Assembly (NCBI RefSeq): GCF_044704955.1
Contig: NC_091995.1
Span: 56,544,001-56,608,000 of the forward strand
Length of the DNA stretch: 64,000 nucleotides
From: Pristiophorus japonicus
Lineage: Eukaryota
Reading direction: 5' to 3'
The notes beneath the pieces were generated by a model, which did not search any database, was not told where the DNA came from, and saw nothing but the letters and a program-made list of their open reading frames with translations. The position numbers and the translations under genes were made by a program. Shown here in pieces: positions 40,095-51,108 of this stretch (position 1 is the first letter of the stretch; each line of letters begins with the position of its first letter).

Positions 40095-42316
40095 CCAGTT
40101 AATTCAGAAACTAGGGTCCTGAACATAAGGAAAGGTAACTTTGATGGTATGAGGCGTGAATTGGCTAGAATAGACTGGCAAATGATACTCAAAGGGTTGA
40201 CGGTGGATAGGCAATGGCAAACATTTAAAAATCACATGGATGAACTTCAACAATTGTACATCCCTGTCTGGAGTAAAAACAAAACGGGGAAGGTGGCTCA
40301 ACCATGGCTAACAAGGGAAATTAAGGATAGTGTTAAATCCAAGGAAGAGGCATATAAATTGGCCAGAAAAAGCAGCAAACCTGAGGACTGGGAGAAATTT
40401 AGAATTCAGCAGAGGAGGACAAAGGGTTTGATTAAGAGGGGAAATAGAGTATGAGAGTAAACTTGCAGGGAACATAAAAACTGACTGCAAAAGCTTCTAT
40501 AGATATGTGAAGAGAGAAAGATTAGTGAAGACAAACATAGGTACCTTGCAGTCGAATTCAGGTGAATCTATAATGGGGAACAAAGAAATGGCAGAGCAAT
40601 TGAACAAATACTTTGGTTCTGTCTTCACGAAGGAAGACACAAATAACCTTCCGGAAATACTAGGGGACCAAGGGTCTAGCGAGAAGGAGGAACTGAAGGA
40701 AATCCTTATTAGTCAGGAAATTGTGTTAGGGAAATTGATGGGATTGAATGCCGATAAATCTCCAGGGCCTGATAGTCTGCATCCCAGAGTACTTAAGGAA
40801 GTGGCCCTAGAAATAGTGGATGCATTGGTGGTCATTTTCCAACATTCTAGAGACTCTGGATCTTTTCCTATGGATTGGAGGGTAGCTAATGTAACACCAC
40901 TTTTTTTTTTAAAAAAGGAGGGAGAGAGAAAACAGGGAATTATAGACCGGTTAGCCTGACATCAGTAGTGGGGAAAATGTTGGAATCAATTATTAAAGAT
41001 GTAATTTGGAAAGCAGTGACAGGATCGGTCCAAGTCAGCATGAATTTATGAAAGGGAAATCATGCTTGACAAATCTTCTAGAATTTTTTGAGGATATAAC
41101 TAGTAGAGTAGACAAGGGAGAATCAATGGATGTGGTGTATTTGGACTTTCAAAAGGCTTTTGACAAGGTCCCACACAAGAGATTGGTGTGCAAAATTAAA
41201 GCACATGGTTTGGGGTAATGTATTGAAGTGGATAGAGAACTGGTTGGCAGACAGGAAGCAAAGAGTAGGAATAAACGAATCCTTTTCAGTATGGCAGGCA
41301 GTGACTAGTGGGGTACCGCAAGGTTCAGTGCTGGGACCCCAGCTATTTACAATATACGTTAATGATTTAGACAAAGGAATTAAATGTAATATATCCAATT
41401 TTGCAGATGATACTAAACTGGGTGGCAGTGTGAGCTGTGCGGAGGATGCTAAGAGGCTGCAGGGTGACTTGGACAAGTTAAGTGAGTGGGCAAATGCATG
41501 ACAAGTGCAGTATAATGTAGATAAATGTGAGGTTATCCACTTTGGTGGTAAAAACACAAAGGCAGAATATTATCTGAATGATGACAGATTAGGAAAAGGG
41601 GAGGTGCAACGAGATCTGGGTGTCATGGTTCATCAGTCATTGAAAGTAGGCATGCAGGTACAGCAGGCAGTGAAGGCGGTAAATGGCATGTTGGCCTTCA
41701 TAGCGAGAGGATTTGAGTATAGCAGCAGAGAGGTTTTACTGCAGTTGTACAGGGCCTTGGTAAGGCCACACCTTGAATATTGTGTACAGTTTTGTTCTCC
41801 TAATCTGAGGAAGGACATTCTTGCTATTGAGGGAGTGCAGCGAAGGTTCACCAGACTGATTCCAGGGATGGCAGGACTGATATATGAAGAAAGATTGGAT
41901 CGACTAGGCTTATATTCACTGGAATTTAGAAGAATGAGAGGGGATCTCATAGAAACATATATAATTCTGACAGCATTGGACAGGTTAGATGCAGGAAGAA
42001 TGTTCCCGATATTGGGGAAGTTCAGAACCAGGGGTCACAATCTAAGGATAAGGGGCAAGACATTTAGGACCAAAATGAGGAGAAACTTCTTCACTCAGAG
42101 AATTGTGAACCTGTGGAATTCTCTACCACAGAAAGTTGTTGAGGCCAGTTTGTTAGATAGTTAGATGTGGCCCTTACGGCTAAAGGGATCAAGGGGTATG
42201 GAGAGAAAGCAGGAATGGGGTAATTAAGTTGCATAATCAGCCATGATCATATTGAATGGTGGTGCAGGCTCGAAGGGCCGAATGGCCTACTCCTGCACCT
42301 ATTTTCTATGTTTCTG
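40095..42316 (+). mobile_element. CR1 LINE ORF2 (RT) and 3'UTR, 5'-truncated
   Basis: KSCLTNLLEFF, SGVPQGSVLGP, FADDTK, RPHLEYCVQF. Tail TTTCTATGTTTCT. Confidence 0.93.
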
Positions 42317-42777
42317 TGATAATCTGTTTTAGCGATGTTGGTTGAGGGATAAATATTTGCTGGACAACTGGCCCGCTCTTCGTCCAATAGTAAGAGTTTA
42401 ACGTCAGCAAGGCCACATGTTCCGACAGTGCAGCGCTCCCTCAGTACTGTCCCTCCCACAGTGCAGCGCTCCCTCAGTACTGCCCCTCCCACAGTGCAGC
42501 GCTCCCTCAGTACTGCCCCTCCCACAGTGCAGCGCTCCCTCAGTACTGCCCCTCCCACAGTGCAGCGCTCCCTCAGTACTGCCCCTCCCACAGTGCAGCA
42601 CTCCCTCAGTACTGCCCCTCCCACAGTGCAGCGCTCCCTCAGTACTGCCCATCCCACAGTGCAGCACTCCCTCAGTACTGCCCATCCCACAGTGCAGCAC
42701 TCCCTCAGTACTGCCCCTCCCACAGTGCAGCACTCCCTCAGTACTGCCCCTCCCACAGTGCAGCACTCCCTCAGTAC
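42317..42777 (-). mobile_element. Deu-domain SINE fragment (SacSINE1/AmnSINE1-like) ending in a 33-bp tandem array
   Basis: Minus strand CAGTACTGAGGGAGCGCTGCACTGTCGGA...GACGTTAAAC...AATATTTATCCCTCAACCAACATC...AAAACAGATTATC matches the Deu-domain consensus as I recall it. About 11 copies of CAGTACTGCCCCTCCCACAGTGCAGCGCTCCCT. Confidence 0.75.
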
Positions 42778-43142
42778 TTTTTTTTTTTTATTCGTTCATG
42801 GGATGTGGGCGTTGCTGGCAAGGCCAGCATTTATTTCCCATTCATAATTGCCCTTAAAGGTGGTAGTGAGCCCACTTAAGTGCCCAAGCCTGAATGTCGT
42901 CCAGGTCTTGCTGCATGCGGGCATGGACTGCTCCATTATCTGAAGAGTTGTGAATGGAACTGAACACTGTGCAGTCATCAGCGAACATCTCCACTTCTGA
43001 CCTTATGATGGAGGGAAGGTCATTGATGAAGCAGCTGAAGATGGTTGGGCCTAGGACCCTGCCCTGAGGAGCTCCTGCAGCGATGTCCTGGGGCTGGGAT
43101 TATTGACCTCCAACCACCACAACCATCTTTCTTTGTACTAGA
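42778..43142 (-). mobile_element. Non-LTR retrotransposon remnant (3' tail joined to an RT fragment)
   Basis: Minus strand reads MFADDCTVFS...QQDLDDIQAW next to an A-rich tail. Clade not resolved. Confidence 0.6.
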
Positions 43143-43189
43143 TGGAAACTCCGATCCCCAACCACCAACTCCATCCCTCTCCCTGCTCA

Positions 43190-43684
43190 CTGTCCGAGGC
43201 CCGACCGGACCGGGCGCTGTCCGAAGGCCCGACCGGACCGGGCGCTGTCCGAAGGCCCGACCGGACCGGGCGCTGTCCGAAGGCCCGACCGGACCGGGCG
43301 CTGTCCGAAGGCCCGACCGGACCGGGCGCTGTCCGAAGGCCCGACCGGACCGGGCGCTGTCCGAAGGCCCGACCGGACCGGGCGCTGTCCGAAGGCCCGA
43401 CCGGACCGGGCGCTGTCCGAAGGCCCGACCGGACCGGGCGCTGTCCGAAGGCCCGACCGGACCGGGCGCTGTCCGAAGGCCCGACCGGACCGGGCGCTGT
43501 CCGAAGGCCCGACCGGACCGGGCGCTGTCCGAGGCCCGACCGGACCGGGCGCTGTCCGAGGCCCGACCGGACCGGGCGCTGTCCGAAGGCCCGACCGGAC
43601 CGGGCGCTGTCCGAGGCCCGACCGGACCGGGCGCTGTCCGAAGGCCCGACCGGACCGGGCGCTGTCCGAAGGCCCGACCGGACT
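43190..43684. repeat. 28-bp CpG-rich minisatellite CTGTCCGAAGGCCCGACCGGACCGGGCG, about 18 copies
   Basis: Near-identical units, a few of 27 bp (GAGG instead of GAAGG). Confidence 0.97.
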
Positions 43685-43699
43685 GGTCACAACCTCAGC

Positions 43700-44020
43700 C
43701 TCCTATTTGACCCCGAGATGAGCTTCTGACCCCCATATCCTGTCAATCACTAAGACCACCTACTTCCCCCTCTGTAACATCGTCCGTCTCTGCCCCGCCT
43801 CAGATCAAAGGCTGCTCAAACCCCCATCCATGCCACTGTTACCTCTACACCTGACTATTCCAAAACTCTCCTGGCCAGCCTCCCACATTCAACCCTCCAT
43901 AAACTGCAGCTCATCTAAAACTCCGCTGCCTGTATCCTAACTGACACTAAGTCCCACTCACCTATCACCCCTGCACTTGCTGACTCCCAGCCCAGCAACA
44001 CCTAGATTTCACAATTCTCA
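43700..44020 (+). mobile_element. Old L2-type LINE ORF2 fragment
   Basis: Decayed sequence resembling the L2 C-terminal region (…CCTACTTC…AACATCGTCCGTCTC…CTGCAGCTCATC…AACTCCGCTGCC). Confidence 0.55.
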
Positions 44021-44054
44021 GTCAGTGACGAAACTCAGTACAGCGCCGATCCTC

Positions 44055-44470
44055 ACAACCCCCTCCCCCCCACCGATACCCCAAGCCCCCAGTAATGGTG
44101 TTTATGGGGAAACTCAGTGACCACTCCACCACTGCCCCCCACCCGAGGCCCACAGTAATGGTGTTTATGGGGATGCACTGTACAGCCCCCCCCCCACCCC
44201 ACCCCGATACCGTGAGCCCACAGTAATGGTGTTTATGGGGATGCACTGTACAGCTCCCCCCACCCCACCCCGATACCGTGAGCCCACAGTAATGGTGTTT
44301 ATGGGGATGCACTGTACAGCCCCCCCCCCACCCCACCCCGATACCGTGAGCCCACAGTAATGGTGTTTATGGGGATGCACTGTACAGCTCCCCCCACCCC
44401 ACCCCGATACCGTGAGCCCACAGTAATGGTGTTTATGGGGATGCACAGTACAGCACCGCCCCCCCCCCCC
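44055..44470. repeat. About 60-bp minisatellite (CCCCGATACCGTGAGCCCACAGTAATGGTGTTTATGGGGATGCACTGTACAGC + C-tract), about 6 copies
   Basis: Units read directly. Confidence 0.93.
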
Positions 44471-44489
44471 CAGGAATGCTATTTACTCA

Positions 44490-44996
44490 GGATCGACCAC
44501 AGAAACAGGCCATTCAGCCCAACCAGTCCCTGCTGGTGTTTCTGCTCCACCCGAGCCTCCTCCCGTCTTTCCTCATCTAACTCGCTCAGCATAGCCCTCT
44601 AACCCCCTTCTTCCTCTTGTGCTTATATAAATTCTCCTTAAATGCATCGATACTATTCGCCTCAACCACTCCCTATGGCAGTGAGTTCCACATTCTCACC
44701 ACTCTCTGGGTAAAGACCTTTCTGCTGAATTTCCCCATTTGATTTTTTTGGTGACTATCTTGTATCGATGGCCTCTAGTTTTGCTCCTCCCCACAAGTGG
44801 AAACACTCTCTTTCTAAAATTATGAAAGGTTTTGATAGATTAAAGACCTGTCTTCCGTCACTCCTCGGCGTATCTTTTGACCCAGCCTGTTCATCCTTTC
44901 TTGATAGTTATAATCTCGCAGTTCTGGTATCATTCTAGTGATTTTTTTTTTTGCAGCCTCTCCAGTGACTTTACATCCTTTTTTTTTTACAATATG
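44490..44996 (-). mobile_element. Decayed CR1 3' end
   Basis: Homologous to 26165-27120 (ACAGAAACAGGCC, GAGTTCCACATTCTCACCAC, CCCACAAGTGGAAAC). Confidence 0.75.
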
Positions 44997-45773
44997 ACCG
45001 TATTATCTCATCCTCATTTACAAATTCCTCCATGGCCTTGCTCCTCCCTGTCTCTGTAATTTCCTCCAGCCCCACAACCCCCTCCCCCACCCCAAGATGT
45101 CTGAGCTCTTTCAATTCTGCCCTCTTGAGCATCCCTGCTTCTAATCGCTCCACCATCAGTGGCCGTGCCGTCTGTTGCCTGGGCCCCGAGTTCTGGAACT
45201 CCTTCCCTAAACCTCTCCACCTCTATCTACTTCTCTATCCTCCATCAAGACGCTCCTTAAAACCTACCTCTTTGACCAAGCTTTTAGTCACCTGCTCAAA
45301 TTTCTACTTATGCGACTCGGTGCTAACATTTTTATCTCTCAATACTCCTGTGAAGCACCTTGGAATGTGTCACTATGTTAAAGGTGCTATATAAATACAA
45401 GTTGTTGTTGTTGAATCTCCATGTGGTCTAAGTAAGGTTCAATACAAGTTTAGCATAACTTCTCTCTTTTCAATTCTATCCCTCTAGAAATAAACAACTT
45501 GCATTTATACAGCGCCTTTAACATAGCAGACAGAGCATCCCAAGGCGCTTAACAAGAGCCATATCAATAAAAACATTTAACACCAAGCAACGGTTTTAAG
45601 GAGCATATTAACGGGAGAGAGATGGAGAGAGGAGAGGTTTAGGGAAAGAATTCCAGAATTTAGGACCAAGACAGCGGAAAGTACGGCCGGCAATGGTGGA
45701 ACGATTAAAATCGAGGAATGCACAAGAGGCCAGAATTGGAGGAAGCGCAAAGATCTCGGAGGGTGTTGGGGCT
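44997..45773. mobile_element. Two L2-type LINE 3' ends in inverted, tail-to-tail orientation (about 44997-45413 +; about 45493-45773 -)
   Basis: Tail ATAAATACAAGTTGTTGTTG on the plus strand and its reverse complement ACAACTTGCATTTATA at about 45494. Shared body CTGGAA(C/T)TC(C/T)TTCCCTAAACCTCTCC. Confidence 0.7.
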
Positions 45774-46104
45774 CGATTTTGTACTTTTGTGCTTATCGGC
45801 CAAAAATGGGCATTATTTCCGGCCCTCGGCGAGGTCCCGCAAAAGCCGATTTTTGGCATGCAATGCGAATGTGCCGAAAACCAGCTTTCCCGATTTGTGA
45901 AGATATCTCTCGACGGATCCTTCGCATCCCCGGGAGAAGGACATCCGCGCGGGAGATATTGGGCTATTTGCCCATCTCTTACCCAGCGAATGTTCGAGGT
46001 CCCATAGACGTCTAAACTTCGGCGGTGTGTTAGTTAATTAAACACCGACCTATTGATCGGCTGGAAAGCCTACGACTCGAGACCCCAGTAAAGAAATCGG
46101 TATT

Positions 46105-47631
46105 ATGGCAGCAGGAGATAAGAGCAAAGAATTGCCTACAACTGTTAAAGGTGGGCAGGCACCACCTGAAGTTTCACTAGATTTAATTCTCGAACAGTTG
46201 AAAGAATACATAGAGCAACAATTCAACTTATCTAAAACCTGTATTAAGATCGAACAAAAGTACGGAACCTCCAAAGGACAATGGTCCTTGGACGAGATTA
46301 AAAGGGTCTGGGGAAAAACAACCCGTATGAAAAATAAAGAGTGAACTAGATGGTCCTTAGCGGTTATGGGCCAGATTCGAAAGCGGAATGAAATTATAAT
46401 GTGTTCCCAACATGATCGAGAACTGACCAGTACAAAGGATCCATTGCAAGCAGTTTGTGCACAGCTGCAACAGAAAAAACTTGAACTTGAAAAGCTGGAA
46501 GCGGAAGTTGGAGATCTTAAAGGTGAAATTAAAGAATGGAAAAAATCATTAGGTCAAGAGACAGTAATAGGAAAAGGAAAATGTATTGATAATTCCCAGA
46601 GTACTCATGTTTGGATAAATTAAAAGCGCAAACCCGAAGACACGACCGAGGAATAGATACGGATTCTGAATCCTCCGATGATGAAGAATTAGGGGTGCGC
46701 TTTGCCCCGTTTAAAAAAAGACGAGTTGTAGTCAAATCAGAAGAGACTGCGGAACCAAAAAAACAAAGAGAAGAGTGTATGCAGAATACCTTGGGTCTGC
46801 CGGAGCATGAACTGAGAAAATTGATAAATGGTCCAAGGAATTGCCCAATCCAAAGAAAGGGGGAGTAAAAACATGGGACCAATTGGACCGCTTAAGAAAT
46901 ATATATCAACTTCATCCCTGGGACGGAGTGCAAATTTTGACCATAATGGTGCCAAAAACACAGGGAAGAAAATTGCACGACAAGGTAGAAGAAGCTTTGG
47001 GGCAGAATTAGACGCAGGATGGGAGGTGATTAAACACTGGCTGCAAGCCTTCAGTCCAGCTAAGACAGACTGGGGAAAAATTGCAGCCTGCCAACAGAAA
47101 GGAACAGAGGAGGTCCTGGAGTATGACGAGCGGTTTAGATGCATGTGGCTAGAACATTCGGGTATGAATAATACGGATGAGGAAATGGATGAACAAGTGT
47201 TTGTACCCCTGAAAGCAGCTTTTGTGGCAGGTCCAAAGCCAGAACTGTCCAAAATGCTTAAGGTAGTGTTACCGGACTGAGAAGGTAGAGGAACTACCTT
47301 TGCAGCATTGGTGGATCGATGTAACCAATTAGATCGGGATATGGGAGCTAAAGTCCGAGCTGTACAGGCTATGGGATGGAAATCCCAGGATTCCGATAAA
47401 CAGTCATTTGGAAAATTACCCGGAAAATGTCATTATTGTGGGAAAGAAGGTCACTGGGCCAAGACATGCAGGGCAAAACAGCAAGGTCGTGGCTGGGGAA
47501 GAGGACGCAGCCAGTGATACAATTCAGCCAACAAACCAGGCTTGTCACAAGATAACGACCTCATAGAAGCATTTAAGCGACTGACAATACAACAACAGAA
47601 GGAATTACTTGGGATAGCAAAAAACGATTAG
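46105..47631 (+). pseudogene. gag: ERV gag (stops and frameshifts)
   Basis: Fragments 46105-46344, 46366-46623, 46611-46868, 46828-47280 and 47308-47517. MHR-like QKGTEEVLEYDERF. CCHC knuckle CHYCGKEGHWAKTC. Natural stop TAG at 47629-47631. Confidence 0.85.
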
Positions 47632-50600
47632 AGCCCACCCTGGCCCCCCTCCTCGCACTAATACAACAAAGGGGAGATGGGCTATATATAACTATGAAGG
47701 TGGGCGATAAGGATGTGGACTGTCTTTTAGACACAGGGGCGGAATTAACATGCTTACCCCTACAATATGGAGACTTTTTGCCGTTGGATGGTAGGGCACG
47801 TTCGGCCTATGGAGTTGGGGGCCATAAAATGGAAATTAAAAGGACAACACCGGTACTTATAGGGCTGGGTCCACATGAACTAACCACGCCGGTCTGGATA
47901 GGCCCAGTAGATCAACCCCTTTTGGGAATGGACGTTCTAATCCAAGTAGATTCATCGTTGCATTTCGAGGATGGTCGGGTGACATGGTCAATTAGAACTT
48001 TGAAGAAAGAAGAATTGAAGGAACACCCAATATGGGCTAAAGATAAGAACGATTGTGGCCTACTCCAGATGGAGCCTGCGTCATTTACAGGGACCAAGCC
48101 TCCATGCACTAAACAGTATCCCATCAGTCCAACTGCCATCGCGGGAATCTTACCGGTTATTCAGCAATTGGAGAAACAAGGGGTGCTTATTAAAACGCAT
48201 AGCTCCTCCAATAGCCCCGTGTGGCCGGTACAGAAATCTAATGAGACTTGGCGTTTGACTGTCGATTATAGGAAAGCTAACCAGTGTATTGATCAAAAAG
48301 CTCCTTTGGTCGCAGATCCCTCCACCATTTTTAATGCCCTCAAACCAGAACATAAATATTTCTCGGTTATAGATATGGCCAACGGATTTTGGTCGGTGCC
48401 TCTGGCACCGGAGGTTCGACAGTGGTTTGCTTTCACTGTCCAAGGACAACAGTATACTTGGACCCAGTTACCACAGGGTTTCCACAACAGCCCTACGGTA
48501 TTCCACATAGTTTTACAAAGCCATTTGCGAGAATTACCTCCCGTCATCCACAGTCATCCAATATGTAGACGATATTCTGCTAGCTTCAAACACGGAAGAC
48601 CAGCATGAACAAGATTTACGAGCTTTGCTGGATCACCTTCGGCTGAAAGGACATAAAGCCAGCATTGACAAAGCACAAATATCCCAAGAAGAGGTTGTAT
48701 ACCTGGGACAAAAGATTTCACAAGGAAAGAGAGAACTTACCCAGGATAGAACTGCAGCCATTCGGGCTGCTAAAAAACCCACCACTATTCAGGAACTAAG
48801 GTCTTTTTTGGAATTGTGTAACTTTAACAGAAATTGGATTGACTCCTTCACACAGCTTGCTCAGCCATTGAATGATATTTTAAAGCGGAAACGTGCCTCT
48901 AAAGAAGCCATCACCCTCACTAAAGAACAGCAAGAGGCCTTCCTGAGTTTGAAAAAGGCTTTGTGTTCGGCACCGGCTCTGGGAATCCCCGACAGTGGTA
49001 AGCCATTTACCCTGTTTGTTCATGAGAAAGAAGGATATATGACAGCTATACTGACACAAGAACATGGGGATCTGCAAAGACCTATTGGCTATTATTCGGC
49101 AAAACTGGATGCGGAAGTTGCCAAAGGGCCATGGAAGCTACATGTCGAGCGGTAATGACCACTGCGGGTCTAGTGCTCGACCAAAAGCTGATTGTCAAGT
49201 GTCCCCACACCGTACACGCTTTGCTGTCTATGAATAGAGTGTCTCAGGTGACAGCAGCAAGATGGACCCGCTGGACAGCAGTTTTGGAAGCTCCTAATCT
49301 CCATATCATCCGGGCCAGCCCGGTTAATCCCGCAACTATGCTCCCGATGTCAGAATCGAGGGAGCAAGAGGGGGGAGAATGTGAAGAGCATGACTGCGTG
49401 GAGATTTTAAAAGAAACAGAAGAAGCAGCCTTAGCAGCAGAGGAGCCTCTGCACAACCCAGACCTCATCCTGTTTACAGATGGATCCTTCTTTGTTGACA
49501 ATGGTACCAGAAAAACAGGATGGGCAGTTACAACCTTATATGAGGTAGTGGCAAAAGAATGTTTACTCTCAGGAACGTCAGCACAACAGGCCGAGTTACA
49601 GGCCCTGTCAGAAGCATGTCGAATAGCAGAAGGACAGACAGCTAATGTCTACACAGATTCGCGTTATGCTTGTGGAGTCGCTCACGACTTTGGTCTGTTA
49701 TGGCGGAAAAGAGGATTCCTCACTGCTGCTGGTACACCTATCCGAAATGGAAAAGAAGTCCGAGACTTACTGGAGGCCATACAATTACCTCAGGAAGTGT
49801 CCATCCTGAAGTGTAAGGCCCATACCAAGGAAAATATCACAGAAGCACAGGGAAATGCCCTAGCCGACCAGGCAGCTAAAGATGCCGCCTCACAGGGCGT
49901 TCCTCCAGAAGAACCAACACAGATGTGCAGATTGAAAGCACTCAGGACTCTGACACGAGACCTTCAAACAATGCAAGGCGAGTGCTCCCGAGGGGAAAAA
50001 TGGTCATGGATTGAGGCAGGAATTAAGCTATGCGAAGATGGTGTCTGAGACAAAGAGTTACCGACAAGCCAGTCGCGCCACAAGCGCTTATGCCTTTTTT
50101 AGCCCAACAGATCCACTCGTGGGGACACTTGGCCTCACAACAGATGACGGCACGGTTCCAGAAAAGCTGGTGGGGTCGGGGATTTAAAAAACATGCCCAG
50201 CTGGTAACAGACCGCTGTGTGGTCTGCCAGAAAAATAATTCTGGACCCATCACGGTAATGCCCCAACTGAGGCCCCCTGCCCCTGTCGGACCATTCCAGC
50301 ATCTGCAGGTTGATTATATATCTCTTCCTTCATGCCAAGGATACACTAACATTCTTGTCATGGTCGACAGATTCTCTAGATGGGTAGAAGCTGTCCCAAC
50401 TAAAAGAGCCACAGCCAATCACACTGCAAAGGTCTTGTGTAAGGATTACATTCCCCGATGGGGAGTCCCGAGTAGCATTGACTCAGATCAGGGAACACAC
50501 TTCGCAGGTGCTGTCTGCCAAGAAGTCTGTAGGTTACTGAACATTACGTGGGATTTACACTGTCCTTATCATCCACAATCATCAGGACAAGTAGAACGAA

Positions 50601-51084
50601 TGAATCGAAGTCTGAAACAACGGCTTGCCAAATATCACCAAGAAGGAACACCATGGCCCCAGGCACTACCAGTAGTGCTATGTAGCATTAGGGCAACCCC
50701 GAACAGAACTACAGGTCTAAGCCCATTTGAAATTATAACAGGAAGACCCATGTCGCTGCCAGAAACTATCGATTTACGGAAAGCTGATGTTCACTTAATG
50801 AGTGACACTTTGTTATCATACTGTCAGAACTTAACCAATGCTATTAGTTCCGTTTCCCGACGGGTATCGGCAGCTTGGGGTAATCCACCCGAAGGAGGAC
50901 ACGACATCATCCGGGAGTCTGGGTGTATGTGAAAAAGTTGCATAAAGAATCTTTGGATGCCAAGTGGGAGGGACCTTATCAAGTGTTATTGACCACCCAG
51001 GCAGCTGTAAAAGTCCAAGGAAAGAAAGCCTGGATCCACGCTTCACACGTTAAACGAGCACCCGTAACTGAAGCTGAAATCTAA
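47619..51084 (+). pseudogene. pol: ERV pro-pol (PR, RT, tether, RNase H, IN) with about 4 frameshifts
   Basis: LLDTGA; LPQGFHNSP; YVDD at about 48563 in a shifted frame; LFTDGS, SAQQAEL and YTDSRY; IN LQVDY, SDQGTHF and VERMN; C-terminal [11 protein letters not shown]...WIHASHVK. Confidence 0.93.
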
Positions 51085-51108
51085 TAATGACAATTACTTT
51101 TTGCAAAA

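Noticed and set aside
43045-43729. ORFs or a ribozyme in the 28-bp repeat
   Set aside because: Open in several frames because of GC content. No hammerhead core (CUGANGA...GAAA) is present.
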